Assembly (NCBI GenBank): GCA_025340205.1
Contig: CP006868.1
Coordinates: 270,001-302,000, forward strand
Length of the DNA stretch: 32,000 bases
Origin: Ignicoccus pacificus DSM 13166
Lineage (GTDB): Archaea > Thermoproteota > Thermoprotei_A > Sulfolobales > Ignicoccaceae
Direction of reading: 5' to 3'
The notes below the pieces were generated by a model. The model made no database searches. It was not told the DNA's origin and worked only from the letters and a program-made list of their open reading frames with translations. Positions 7,770 to 17,375 of the stretch are shown here, one piece after another. The first letter of the stretch is position 1, and every line of letters begins with the position of its first letter. Made by a program: the position numbers and the translations under genes.

Positions 7770-10700
7770 CTCAAAGTGTTACTCCATATCAAGAGGAAAC
7801 GGGCTAACTCTTTAGGCAGACAGACCATCTCAACCTTATCGCTGTTAGATGCATAGGCCTTACCATGTTCCTTCATCAATTTCTCCACTACTTCCTTTAA
7901 CCAGAGCTCCGTTTCACAGTTTCTCTTCCTCATGTTCTTTCGTACTACGTACTCAAAGAGTAAGGCTATGTTGGGATCGCACGTCCTACAATCAAATTCT
8001 CTTAAAGCTTCTGCAGCGTCGTAGAACGCTTGCCTCGATAGCACGTCTTTCACAAATATCAAGCCTAGACCTTTTTTCGTTATGTTTGCTAAGGGAAGTT
8101 CCAGTTTCTTTTTAGCGAACGTTGTATTGGGCAAGGTAGTAGAGTTATCTATATTTCTATAGGCGATAGCTATTCCATCTTTCCTTATGACCCATCCATC
8201 TGGAAAGACCTTCGTCGGTTTCTTGCCCTTCTCATCAGCTAGCCTTCTTGCATCCCTTAGTGCAAGTACTAGAGGCTCACGATAATGTTTCACAGCTATT
8301 CCGTACTTTCGTCCATATGCTATGAGAGCTGGTGCTAATGCTCCAAGAGGCAATTCCCTCGAATCTCCCTTCATCTTGATTTTTACCGTTATTTTCTTGA
8401 AACCGTCTTTTAGCTCGATCTTATTATCCTCTTCATTATCCTCGAAACTTGTTAATGATTCTGACTCGAAGCCCCAGTAAGCAGCTCTAGTGGTTTCCCA
8501 GATGTACAAGGGAGGACTATAAGCACCTTTTTCATTCAACTTTTTAACTGGAGCTAGAGCTAGTAGATCATCTCCCCCAGCATAGATCGTAGTACCTTCA
8601 TATTCATTTTCAATTAATGCAGTATCTATAACAGCGCCAACCATGGTAGAGTAAGAGATCTGCGCGAGATAGCTTGGAGTAACGACAATTGTCGGTATAC
8701 CTCTTCTCGCTCCTATCTCTTCCGGATTTAAGACATCTGAGAATCTAGTTACGTCCTTCATGGTATTTATAATTTCTTCTATTCTTTTTGCTTCTGAGCT
8801 GTTCTTAGATAACAAAGACTTTTTGAAGGATTCAAAGTACCTATTCTTATCATTTGGATCCTCGGTCAGCTTTCCAGTAAGTATTAAATTCATGTTGTCT
8901 CCATCGGCTCTAATGATCGCGTAGTATTTCCTTGCCTTTAATATTGCCTCCTTTATTTCTTGTAATATGTCACCTTTTACGATTATATAATTTCTGGTGA
9001 CTGGATCAAGTACTCTCACTATTTTAACGGTATCCTGTTTAAGAAACGTGTTTTCTAGAGAAACCGTTTGAATCATTTTTTCTATTAATTCATCAAGCTG
9101 ATAATCAGTCGAATTCTTCTTGCCATTAGCTTCTTCTATCTCTACTTTTATCGTATCGGTACTCTTCCCATTTCTTTTTCGCTCCCTCTTTACTAGTTCC
9201 TCGAGTTGAGTTGAGAGGGCTAAGTTCAAGAGGTCTACGCTTCTTCGCGTTTTAATTTTGAGTGCAGCATCAAGAAGAGACTCGAACAGACCAAGGTTCA
9301 AATACCATTCATATCCAAGTATTCTCTTTATAAGGCAATAGGGACAGAGAGCCTCACGCTCTCTTATAAGAACTATTCCTTTTTCTGAGTTTATCACGAA
9401 TTCTCCATTATTTCTTTTCAATACCTTTATTGGATCATCGCTTCTGTTCTTTATTATCGCCGGGAGTCCGCAGCGACACTCCACTCTAGCGACCTTTGGA
9501 TCGTTTCCGAGAAGATTCAGCCTCGATAAGTCCAACTTTACGGCGTCAAATGATTCCCTCCTGAGCTTGTTCGCCCATAACCAATGGAAGAAGAGTTTTT
9601 TCTTTAATTCATCTTTCTGATTACCTTTTTTTGATTTTTCTTCGCCTTCATTAATATTGTATTTCTCTAAGAGTTCATTAAGTTCTTTGTTATTCTCAAT
9701 ATGTTTCTTAAATATATCTTCATATTCTTTCCACGCGTCTTCAAGCTTGATCTCGACTATCGAAAGCGGTAGAGGTGGGACCTTTACGGTATTTCCGATC
9801 ATTTCCTCGATTTTCTCCTTTGTGAGCTCACAACTTACTCTATTTTCTTCACACGTATTGTAATAATCATGTAAGTTCTCTTTTACGAATTCAAATATTT
9901 TAGAGGCGAACTTTTCCCAGCAGCCCCTAAACTTTTCTCCAAAATACTCACTCCAAGAGGTTATGTCTTTCTCTAGCAATTCTTTGGCAATGTCAAGAGG
10001 AGGTAAGAGCAAAGTAGCAGTAGCGGGCATTACCGGATGTTCAGGGTTGAGAAGATAATTCGAGTGCGAACGGTGTTTAGATCTTGATTCGTTCGACTCT
10101 CTTCTTGGTGTTGATTCAGCAAGATCATCGTCATTATCGAGTAATAAACCCTTAAGGAACTTGTTATTTACCATGTGTAAATAGAAGGGGTTGAAGCGTG
10201 CCGTCGGAAGGAGCATTGTATCGGGTCCTATCTTCTCCACTACCTCCCTTATCGTGCACCACATAAGCGCAGATACTAACCAGCTGGAGGCCCAAAGATC
10301 CACTGGACCCCTCGAGTTGCTTATAAATTCTTGAACGTTTTCTATCTTTAATTTAATCATATATCCTTTCCATTTTCTGTTCCATATTACATTCACCATT
10401 TGTGCCGTAGCTGAGAGGTGATCGAATATGGTGTGATGAGGAACCCTCGTCTCTGCGACTGGAGGAACTCCAACTATTCCGTACCATAGGGGTTCAGCGA
10501 AAGCGTAAAGGACGTGGTATTTTTTCCTCAAACAATCTGTTGAATCTTCTTCATCACATTTGGTAGCACCTAGTAGCGACTTTAGCAAATTATAGAATTG
10601 ATACATTTTTTGAACTAAAGGATAAACTTCTTTATCATTTTCATGAAGAAAGTCGGGATTTGTGATATTGACCAAATGAGGGAAATTGAAAATATTTTCT

Positions 10701-11101
10701 CTTTTTCTCTTTGTAAGTAACCAACGATCAAGAGATGAGGCTATTTGATCGTAGCCCCATTTACTTTTACCACCTGTATACTTTTCTATTATCTCTATTA
10801 TCTCGTCTTCACTGAGTAATGATGCAAATAAATACTTTATTACTACAATAGCTTCTATTTCATGCATTCTTTTTCTGGAGTACTTCTTGTCATTACTCTT
10901 CTTTTTCCTTTCTTCATAGAACTTATATATCAGATTGTTTTTGTCCTCACAATTGTCTTCACAATTCTTGCTTACCCTTTTTGCCCATCTACCTTCACTT
11001 CTATTTATTATCCATGGCTTGTGAAACGGATCATGAAGATAGGCTACTATCTTTTTCTTAAAGAATTTAGTTTTATCAAGCTTGCTGCTCACTGTTATCA
11101 T
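7766..11101 (-). CDS. cmr2: Cas10/Cmr2, large subunit of type III-B effector, with N-terminal HD-like motif and GGDD palm motif
   Basis: N-terminal YLHDPFHKPW and YDQIASSLDRW; VYAGGDDLLALAP-type palm motif (YAGGDD; GGDD codons 8567-8578); CxxC pairs in middle; 1111 aa. Confidence 0.96.
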   Translation of the reverse strand: MITVSSKLDKTKFFKKKIVAYLHDPFHKPWIINRSEGRWAKRVSKNCEDNCEDKNNLIYKFYEERKKKSNDKKYSRKRMHEIEAIVVIKYLFASLLSEDEIIEIIEKYTGGKSKWGYDQIASSLDRWLLTKRKRENIFNFPHLVNITNPDFLHENDKEVYPLVQKMYQFYNLLKSLLGATKCDEEDSTDCLRKKYHVLYAFAEPLWYGIVGVPPVAETRVPHHTIFDHLSATAQMVNVIWNRKWKGYMIKLKIENVQEFISNSRGPVDLWASSWLVSALMWCTIREVVEKIGPDTMLLPTARFNPFYLHMVNNKFLKGLLLDNDDDLAESTPRRESNESRSKHRSHSNYLLNPEHPVMPATATLLLPPLDIAKELLEKDITSWSEYFGEKFRGCWEKFASKIFEFVKENLHDYYNTCEENRVSCELTKEKIEEMIGNTVKVPPLPLSIVEIKLEDAWKEYEDIFKKHIENNKELNELLEKYNINEGEEKSKKGNQKDELKKKLFFHWLWANKLRRESFDAVKLDLSRLNLLGNDPKVARVECRCGLPAIIKNRSDDPIKVLKRNNGEFVINSEKGIVLIREREALCPYCLIKRILGYEWYLNLGLFESLLDAALKIKTRRSVDLLNLALSTQLEELVKRERKRNGKSTDTIKVEIEEANGKKNSTDYQLDELIEKMIQTVSLENTFLKQDTVKIVRVLDPVTRNYIIVKGDILQEIKEAILKARKYYAIIRADGDNMNLILTGKLTEDPNDKNRYFESFKKSLLSKNSSEAKRIEEIINTMKDVTRFSDVLNPEEIGARRGIPTIVVTPSYLAQISYSTMVGAVIDTALIENEYEGTTIYAGGDDLLALAPVKKLNEKGAYSPPLYIWETTRAAYWGFESESLTSFEDNEEDNKIELKDGFKKITVKIKMKGDSRELPLGALAPALIAYGRKYGIAVKHYREPLVLALRDARRLADEKGKKPTKVFPDGWVIRKDGIAIAYRNIDNSTTLPNTTFAKKKLELPLANITKKGLGLIFVKDVLSRQAFYDAAEALREFDCRTCDPNIALLFEYVVRKNMRKRNCETELWLKEVVEKLMKEHGKAYASNSDKVEMVCLPKELARFLLIWSNTLR

Positions 11102-11666
11102 CCTCCTTTATGTAAGCTTCAACTAATTTCTTGAGTTCGATAGAGTATTCAATTACCATTTTTTCTAATATAGATCTTGAAGTTCCATCCCACATTAATA
11201 TTTCCTCTAACAAATCTAATAATCCACAAAAGTTAGAGGTAGTTCGAAATTCTCCCCTTCCTAACTTTCTTCCTATGTGTTCTATTGCTGAGACATAACA
11301 CGCTAACGCTATGCTGTAGCTGACCTTCTCGGTCTTTGATTCAAGATCATTTAGAGTAATGCTTTCCGCAACTGAAAGAGCATTATCTGGGTTTCTAAAA
11401 TCATTAATGATACTCTCGAAGGTCTTTGGATCCGATTTCGACATGTAAAATGTTAGGGTTCGGAGGAGCCCATCAGAGCTAGCCATAGATGGGAATGACC
11501 TCACTCTACTCCTAACTCCCTTCTTCATTGCTATCTTTGTTTCTTCCTTAATTTTCCCGTCCACTTTTTGTAAATCATCAAAGGTATTCTTTATGATTCC
11601 TGCATGCCTCACGGCAAGTAATATTAAATCGAGGTCGGAGGGTTCCGATGTCAAAGTCCTTTTCAC
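11076..11666 (-). CDS. cmr5: Type III-B small subunit Cmr5 (Cas11)
   Basis: Small helical protein with RVRSFPSMASSDGLLRTLTFYMSK, matching the Cmr5 'R.lPsmI..nGL...laF..sK' pattern; operon position. Confidence 0.85.
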   Translation of the reverse strand: MKRTLTSEPSDLDLILLAVRHAGIIKNTFDDLQKVDGKIKEETKIAMKKGVRSRVRSFPSMASSDGLLRTLTFYMSKSDPKTFESIINDFRNPDNALSVAESITLNDLESKTEKVSYSIALACYVSAIEHIGRKLGRGEFRTTSNFCGLLDLLEEILMWDGTSRSILEKMVIEYSIELKKLVEAYIKEDDNSEQQA

Positions 11667-12712
11667 CTCAGCAGGAACTTAAGCATTCCCTTCCCTAGCG
11701 TCTCCTTTCCTCCTAATGCTAGATCGAACTCCACTGGGCCTCTTGTCTTGTTGTCTTTTGAGAGTAGGCGCTTGAGTACCTCTATCGGTTCTTCCTTCAC
11801 TAATGTCATTAGCTCCTCTTCCTCTGACACTTTTTTGTTATTGTTATCAGAAGAACTCTCACAATATTCGTTTTCAAATCCTCTTGTACCTATTAGGCCA
11901 GTGAATACCGTACCATGAGGTAGGTATTCTTCTTTCCAAACTCCTCCTCGTTGAACCGTCTTTTTCCTATAGTTTAATCTAATCCTTGTAACCCTAAACA
12001 AGGCCTTCTCTATAATATTTACTATGTCTGCATCCTCAAAGAGGTAAACTTTAGTGTGTTGGAGGAAAGGTATTAGATTAGAAATGTCCTCTTTTTTACT
12101 GCCAAGAACCCTAGCCATCCTCTCTTCGATTTCATCGTCTAATTCAACTGCTTCGAACTTCTCTAATTCTACAAATACTTTTTTCTTTTCCTTGTTTTTG
12201 ATGGAGTTTGGATCTATATTCAAATCTATACCATTAAGCTTAGCTCTAGAGAGAAGATAGGGACTAGTTGCATAAGCGAAAACATCATTTAAACTCGGAA
12301 AAGGAATGAATAGGGGATAGAGATCGCCTAGTATGAGCTTTGATGCACCCTTCTCCGTATCTTCGGGTTCATGGCCTAATAGACAGCAGATGAGGTTACA
12401 CGTATTAACATTCTCTTTTTTGTTTGATTGATTTTCACTTTTCTTAACTTCACACTTAACCCTTCCACCACTATCCAAACATCTAAACTTTCTTGCCAGT
12501 GATGACTTCAATGAACCTTTAAACGAAGACGCTGGAATAAAAGGTATTCCGAAGGGATCCCTTATTATTGGGAGATCTACGACTCCCCTGCTTCCTTCGG
12601 CTCCAACGTGAACGTGAGTCAACGCTATCGCAAGCAAGGGTGAGGTTTCCTTCAAGGAGTTTGACCCATCTATCCATTTGGACGGTAAGTTATAAAGAGT
12701 TCTTTGATTCAC
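11663..12712 (-). CDS. cmr4: Type III-B backbone RAMP Cmr4, GTG start
   Basis: THVHVGAEGSRGVVDLPIIRDPFGIPFIPASSFKGSLKSSLAR (Cmr4 N-terminus, putative catalytic Asp retained) and downstream glycine-rich loop GGKETLGKGML. Confidence 0.92.
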   Translation of the reverse strand: MNQRTLYNLPSKWIDGSNSLKETSPLLAIALTHVHVGAEGSRGVVDLPIIRDPFGIPFIPASSFKGSLKSSLARKFRCLDSGGRVKCEVKKSENQSNKKENVNTCNLICCLLGHEPEDTEKGASKLILGDLYPLFIPFPSLNDVFAYATSPYLLSRAKLNGIDLNIDPNSIKNKEKKKVFVELEKFEAVELDDEIEERMARVLGSKKEDISNLIPFLQHTKVYLFEDADIVNIIEKALFRVTRIRLNYRKKTVQRGGVWKEEYLPHGTVFTGLIGTRGFENEYCESSSDNNNKKVSEEEELMTLVKEEPIEVLKRLLSKDNKTRGPVEFDLALGGKETLGKGMLKFLLR

Positions 12713-12726
12713 TTACTTGATAGAAG

Positions 12727-13299
12727 TTGAGCGTTCTCCAGAGCCCTTTAGCGGTCGCTTACCTTCATGGCAAGATATTGTGTAAGATCATAGAAGATAA
12801 TACAGATGAGAACTTTCAGAAGGCCCTTAGATCAATACTCCGCTCCCTTCCTTCGGAGCTTAGCGATTCTGGCTACATTGGTGTTCTATCCATGAAGCTT
12901 TACAAGACATGGGAACAATCAAGCGTTCTCGCAGATCTATACCTTGATCTCTTGCCAAGTGTTGACTTGGAAAGGAATAAGAAAGAAGATATCGAAAAGA
13001 GTATTGAGAATGTAAAAACAAAGATAATAAACCTTATACAAAATACGGCAGATAAAAGAACTCTCGCCGAGAGCCTCGTTACATCAATGCTAATCGTGGC
13101 CTTAGCTACGCTTAATCCATCTTGCAAGAAGTGTCTTGATATACAGCTCAGCGTCGCTCTAAGGAAGCTTTTGAGCGGGAAGTGCTGTAAAATACCGGAG
13201 AGAGCAATTCTTCTGTACTCGGAGGAGATGAAGAAGTTTGTAGACGGAATAGTCCAAGTGGAGGAGGGAAAGGACAATGAGTCTCGAGATCGACTTTAA
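12727..13299 (+). CDS. Small helical protein of unknown function, possibly a divergent Cmr5/Cas11-like paralogue, TTG start
   Basis: 190 aa; segment LRSILRSLPSELSDSGYIGVLSM resembles the Cmr5 motif in the neighbouring cmr5; overlaps cmr1 by 23 bp. Confidence 0.7.
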   Translation: MSVLQSPLAVAYLHGKILCKIIEDNTDENFQKALRSILRSLPSELSDSGYIGVLSMKLYKTWEQSSVLADLYLDLLPSVDLERNKKEDIEKSIENVKTKIINLIQNTADKRTLAESLVTSMLIVALATLNPSCKKCLDIQLSVALRKLLSGKCCKIPERAILLYSEEMKKFVDGIVQVEEGKDNESRDRL

Positions 13300-14830
13300 T
13301 GAGTATCTCAGAAATGATCAATTAGAAGATCCCCCTCTGGAATTCTTAGGCACCTTCGTAAATATAACTCCCTACATGGGCGGTAGCTTTGACAACGGCA
13401 AAACGTTCAGAGGCAACCGCTTCATAGGTCATCCTACAGCGCAAGCAATAAAGGCGAGAGCTCGTTACGCCTCCTTACTCGCGCTAACTTCTTTCATTAC
13501 TAGTCCTCAAAGTTACAAGGATGCATTCAAAATAAAAGTAATTATCGAAGGAGATAAAGAAGAAATTCCCTTACTCTGTTTGATCTATGGTTGTGTAGAC
13601 TCTCATCAATTCGGTTCCCCCTTTCACTTGATAGTTAAGAACGTAAGGGGAGCCAAGAAGTGGCGCAACGCCGGAAACAGGAAAGCGAAAGATAGGTACA
13701 ATGCTATTCTAAGAAGAAACGATAAGAGAATGGAGTTAGCTCCTGCAGAAACCGGTACTGTAAGTTTTGAGTTACACGTCTCCGTTGATGAGGATAGATT
13801 GGTCTTATTAGAACTCACTCCTAGAGAGATCGAGATACTTAAGGAAATATTCGAATCAAGCGTTCTCGTAGCGCTATCTCTCTTCGGTATAGGAAAGGCA
13901 GCTAGCCGAGGATTCGGACGCTTCTGGAAAAAAGACGAAGAGCTAACTTTTGAGAAACTGATAGAAAACGTGGAAAAGTTGTTGGAACATTGGAAAGAGC
14001 TATTAAGCAAATTAAAGAAGTCAGATAAGCTAAAAATATATAAAGATGAGATCGAACTAAAGGATGATTACTCAAAGGATATTATTATTGGAAAGGTTCC
14101 CCACTTGGGATTCATTCCAAGGATAAAGACCGAGTTTTCAAACGAACTCTTCATGAGATCTAGAGCTCCAATTGATACTAAGATAGAGATGATTGCTAGG
14201 GCAGTGTTGAAGTCCAATTGGAGAAGAAGGAGTTCCGGAGGCGGAGCTCGCTTCCACACGTGGCCTCTAGGTCTCCCAAGGTCCTCAAAGATCAAATGTA
14301 CATGCTATGGATATGATGGGAATTATCAAAGATACGGATACTTCGTAACAAGCATGATCAGTCCCACGAGAGAAATCGCTTGTGAACACTCTAGACCTTG
14401 CGGAGGCTCAAACATCCCAACAACGGAAGATAGGCACCAATCCATGGTTTACTTCATTCCATTGAAGGAAGGAATAGTAATAGTTCCTTTCTTCACTGAT
14501 GCAATGAAAGATGAGCTGATATTTACGAGAACTGCTCGGAAACTTTACCATGTTGGAGGAATCTTCGTTGAAGGTAAGCCTTGCTGTAATAGAAGGTTCA
14601 TAAGCGTTTCGAGGGTGCTTCTTGGAAGAGACCCAATCAAGTTCCCAGAGGCTCGCGAAGGATGTGATTGTGGAAGCGAAAGACTGGGAATAGCAAGGCC
14701 GCCGAGAAGGTCCCCGAGGTTAATGAATGAGGTTACAAAAGGCAGTCGAGGTAGAGATGATCGATTATATAGGGAAGCGTTGGCAGCATCACTGGAATGG
14801 ACAATCTTCGTACTAAAAAGAAGATTCTAA
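13277..14830 (+). CDS. cmr1: Type III-B RAMP protein Cmr1
   Basis: N-terminal ITPYMGGSFDNG...; GIGKAASRGFGRFWKK glycine-rich RAMP loop; TWPLGLPRSSK and RRSPRLMNEV in the C-terminal half. Confidence 0.85.
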   Translation: MSLEIDFNEYLRNDQLEDPPLEFLGTFVNITPYMGGSFDNGKTFRGNRFIGHPTAQAIKARARYASLLALTSFITSPQSYKDAFKIKVIIEGDKEEIPLLCLIYGCVDSHQFGSPFHLIVKNVRGAKKWRNAGNRKAKDRYNAILRRNDKRMELAPAETGTVSFELHVSVDEDRLVLLELTPREIEILKEIFESSVLVALSLFGIGKAASRGFGRFWKKDEELTFEKLIENVEKLLEHWKELLSKLKKSDKLKIYKDEIELKDDYSKDIIIGKVPHLGFIPRIKTEFSNELFMRSRAPIDTKIEMIARAVLKSNWRRRSSGGGARFHTWPLGLPRSSKIKCTCYGYDGNYQRYGYFVTSMISPTREIACEHSRPCGGSNIPTTEDRHQSMVYFIPLKEGIVIVPFFTDAMKDELIFTRTARKLYHVGGIFVEGKPCCNRRFISVSRVLLGRDPIKFPEAREGCDCGSERLGIARPPRRSPRLMNEVTKGSRGRDDRLYREALAASLEWTIFVLKRRF

Positions 14831-14894
14831 GCGAAAGGTCCTCGAAGGAAAAAGATAAAATAAGGGAAACGAAAGTTCTTTTGGATGGAAACAT

Positions 14895-15911
14895 ATGGCA
14901 TATGCCATCCCCTTTAATATAAATGAAATACCTCAAAGGTACGAAATATTTGAAAAATTAAACTTATTCTATAATGAGAGTGCTACTTTTCTCTCAAGGG
15001 TGTTGAATAGAAATGAAAACGATCTTCTAACGTTGTTCCATGAGAATGGTAGCTTCCTCTTCGAAACTTATCTAAGAAAGATAATGTTCATTGAATACAA
15101 AGGAAATATAATGACCTTTGAGGGCCCTCCTGGAAGCGGAAAGTCCACAGCACTCTTGTCACTCACAATGGGAGGATCGGACTTTTACCTTGATGGTAAT
15201 CGAAACGAAATTAACGAAATTTTTAGACAAAGACCCATATTTCCTTTGGCTATTGTTGATGTTCAAGTAGTTCCAGAAGAAGATAGCTTATTCTCTTGGA
15301 TCGAGGGATATATGAATAATTATTTATCGATATTATTTGACCATTTTGAGAGAAGTTCATGTCCTACAGAAGCTATGGAAAGGGTAGAAATTACAAAAAA
15401 GACGTTTAATGAAGTGGCAAGATCACTAGGATTCTTAATGCTCGATAAGGATCAATTAGCACAAACGATGGCAACCGATCTCAGCGAATATATTGACAAC
15501 TTAAAGAAGATATCAAAAAGTGGGATGGAATTTAGAGAAAATTACTTAAAATTTGCTAGAGAGCTGCGATTACTACTTAAAGAACTACGGGCTACAGAAC
15601 ATTATCCCTTACTCCTCTTCGCTTTCGATAATGTAGAAAGCAATCTTAAGACGTTTAGAGAAATTATGACACTCTGTAAGCTAATCTCAGTAGATCCCTT
15701 GAGCTTGTGTATCTTAGCCATACGTGATTACAGACCTCTTTTGCCAGCACTCCTTAGTTGGGATGCATGGGAAAATTTACAATACCTAAACGATATCACT
15801 GCGGAACGTGATGAGATAGCGTATGAGCTATTATATAGAATTACAATACTCGATGCAATAAACACCATTGAGAAGCTCTTTCTACCTCAATATATTATAA
15901 AGTTTAGGTAA
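14895..15911 (+). CDS. P-loop (AAA+/STAND-like) ATPase, candidate RdrA-like N-terminal half
   Basis: Walker A GPPGSGKST at 15123-15149 (about codon 77); Walker B-like LLLFAFDNVES; sensor-like LCILAIRDYR. Confidence 0.85.
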   Translation: MAYAIPFNINEIPQRYEIFEKLNLFYNESATFLSRVLNRNENDLLTLFHENGSFLFETYLRKIMFIEYKGNIMTFEGPPGSGKSTALLSLTMGGSDFYLDGNRNEINEIFRQRPIFPLAIVDVQVVPEEDSLFSWIEGYMNNYLSILFDHFERSSCPTEAMERVEITKKTFNEVARSLGFLMLDKDQLAQTMATDLSEYIDNLKKISKSGMEFRENYLKFARELRLLLKELRATEHYPLLLFAFDNVESNLKTFREIMTLCKLISVDPLSLCILAIRDYRPLLPALLSWDAWENLQYLNDITAERDEIAYELLYRITILDAINTIEKLFLPQYIIKFR

Positions 15912-15953
15912 CATTGTCAGTTAACTTATACTTCATAATGGAGGTGTGAATCC

Positions 15954-17375
15954 ATGAGATTAACTACTCCGAATGAAATACTTCAACAAGATGAATATGG
16001 TGTACTCTACGTTAAAGAAGTATGGGAAGATTTACAAGAAATATTTAATAGAGATAGAAGGGGCAGAAGGAGAATATATCCCATAGATAGAATTACAAAT
16101 CTCTTAGAGAGGAATGTGCCAGAGTTTAGGGAAAGGTACGAAAACTTGTTTTACGAAACGTTCGAAGGCCTCGGGCTCAATGAAACTTTAAGTAGAGAGC
16201 TCTATGAATTGTTGTTCTCTCAAGAAAATCATGATCAAAGAAGTTCCCTAACAGGCGTTATTAAGATTTTCCTTGAATTAGTGTTTCGTGCTCCGTTTTC
16301 AGAAATCTTTATCTCCCTTCGTTGCAAGGAGAAACTCTCGATTATCTATGATACTTTCCAAGATATGGAGGAGAACCGAGAGGAGTATATTAAATCGTCG
16401 ATAATTCACCTTGCTAGACAGTGTTTCCCTTACTCGTTCTTTGCAAACGATACGATTTACGTTTTCCACCAAAGTGATTTAAATGAGTTATACAATATGT
16501 ACTTTAACGATACTGTTCGAAGAAATACTGATGCAATTAATTTAGACACTTTGTTCAGCTTTAGTACCGTTAGTACCGATGGTGAGGGAGAAGAACAAGC
16601 AGAAGTCTACACGGAAATTAGGAGGTTGTTAGTATCTCCTTATCAATTGGTTGTACTGTTGGAAGAGTATATAAGAAACGAGCCTTATTCTAGGGTAATA
16701 CATGAAATTCTTAATTACACTAGTAGACCTAGGTTCGGAGGAGGAATAGGAAAATACTCTATAATCGAACACGTAATCTCAGAGCCCGGAAGAAATCTAT
16801 ATATCGAGCCATTCCTACATCCCCATCCCAAAAGAGCTGTAGAAGTTCTCTTTTATCACGCAGTGTTCTATTCATGGCTAGAGAAACTACTTCAAGCATG
16901 GTTTGAGATAATTAGGTTTAATGTTACTAACACAAATGAATCAAGAATGATAAATAACTTTATCCTTATCATATCACTAATTTACATTTATCTGTTATTG
17001 ATTCATGTTAAAAGAAGAATAGGGAACAGAGATGTTATCGTACCTACCGTTAAAGACCACCTCATAGTCCTCTTTACCCTGATTACTTTATTACACAGAG
17101 CTCCATACAATGAAATAAGAGATATCTTGCTTGAAAACAATATATTAGCTATTGTTGGAGGTGAAAGAGAAAATATCCTTGGAGATCAATTTGGAGGAAC
17201 TACATATAGAAGATACATCCTCTTCCTCTTGAACATAATATACAATGACACAGTAAGGATTGTTGATATTCGCGATCAGTTAACCGATCCAGAAGTTCTC
17301 CTCACTATAGGCTACGTTAGACGTAAACTCCTCGATATTCAGAGGTTCTACAACCCACCAAGAGAGGAGGGATGA
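15954..17375 (+). CDS. Uncharacterised 473-aa protein of the ATPase/deaminase cassette
   Basis: Long open frame preceded by Shine-Dalgarno-like GGAGGTG; hydrophobic stretch NNFILIISLIYIYLLLIHV; 4-bp overlap with the next gene; no family recognised. Confidence 0.9.
   Translation: MRLTTPNEILQQDEYGVLYVKEVWEDLQEIFNRDRRGRRRIYPIDRITNLLERNVPEFRERYENLFYETFEGLGLNETLSRELYELLFSQENHDQRSSLTGVIKIFLELVFRAPFSEIFISLRCKEKLSIIYDTFQDMEENREEYIKSSIIHLARQCFPYSFFANDTIYVFHQSDLNELYNMYFNDTVRRNTDAINLDTLFSFSTVSTDGEGEEQAEVYTEIRRLLVSPYQLVVLLEEYIRNEPYSRVIHEILNYTSRPRFGGGIGKYSIIEHVISEPGRNLYIEPFLHPHPKRAVEVLFYHAVFYSWLEKLLQAWFEIIRFNVTNTNESRMINNFILIISLIYIYLLLIHVKRRIGNRDVIVPTVKDHLIVLFTLITLLHRAPYNEIRDILLENNILAIVGGERENILGDQFGGTTYRRYILFLLNIIYNDTVRIVDIRDQLTDPEVLLTIGYVRRKLLDIQRFYNPPREEG

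Noticed and set aside
12900-13277. 125-aa minus-strand ORF antisense to the small Cmr-arm gene
   Set aside because: Composition typical of an antisense shadow ORF; plus-strand gene fits operon spacing and overlap with cmr1.
15954-17375. CARF domain in the 473-aa protein
   Set aside because: No Rossmann-like glycine/threonine signature could be recognised by eye; left as a question for structure prediction.
14895-17375. Single ATPase gene broken by a frameshift
   Set aside because: The second gene has its own GGAGGTG ribosome-binding site and ATG start after a 42-bp gap; a natural split is more likely, though not proven.
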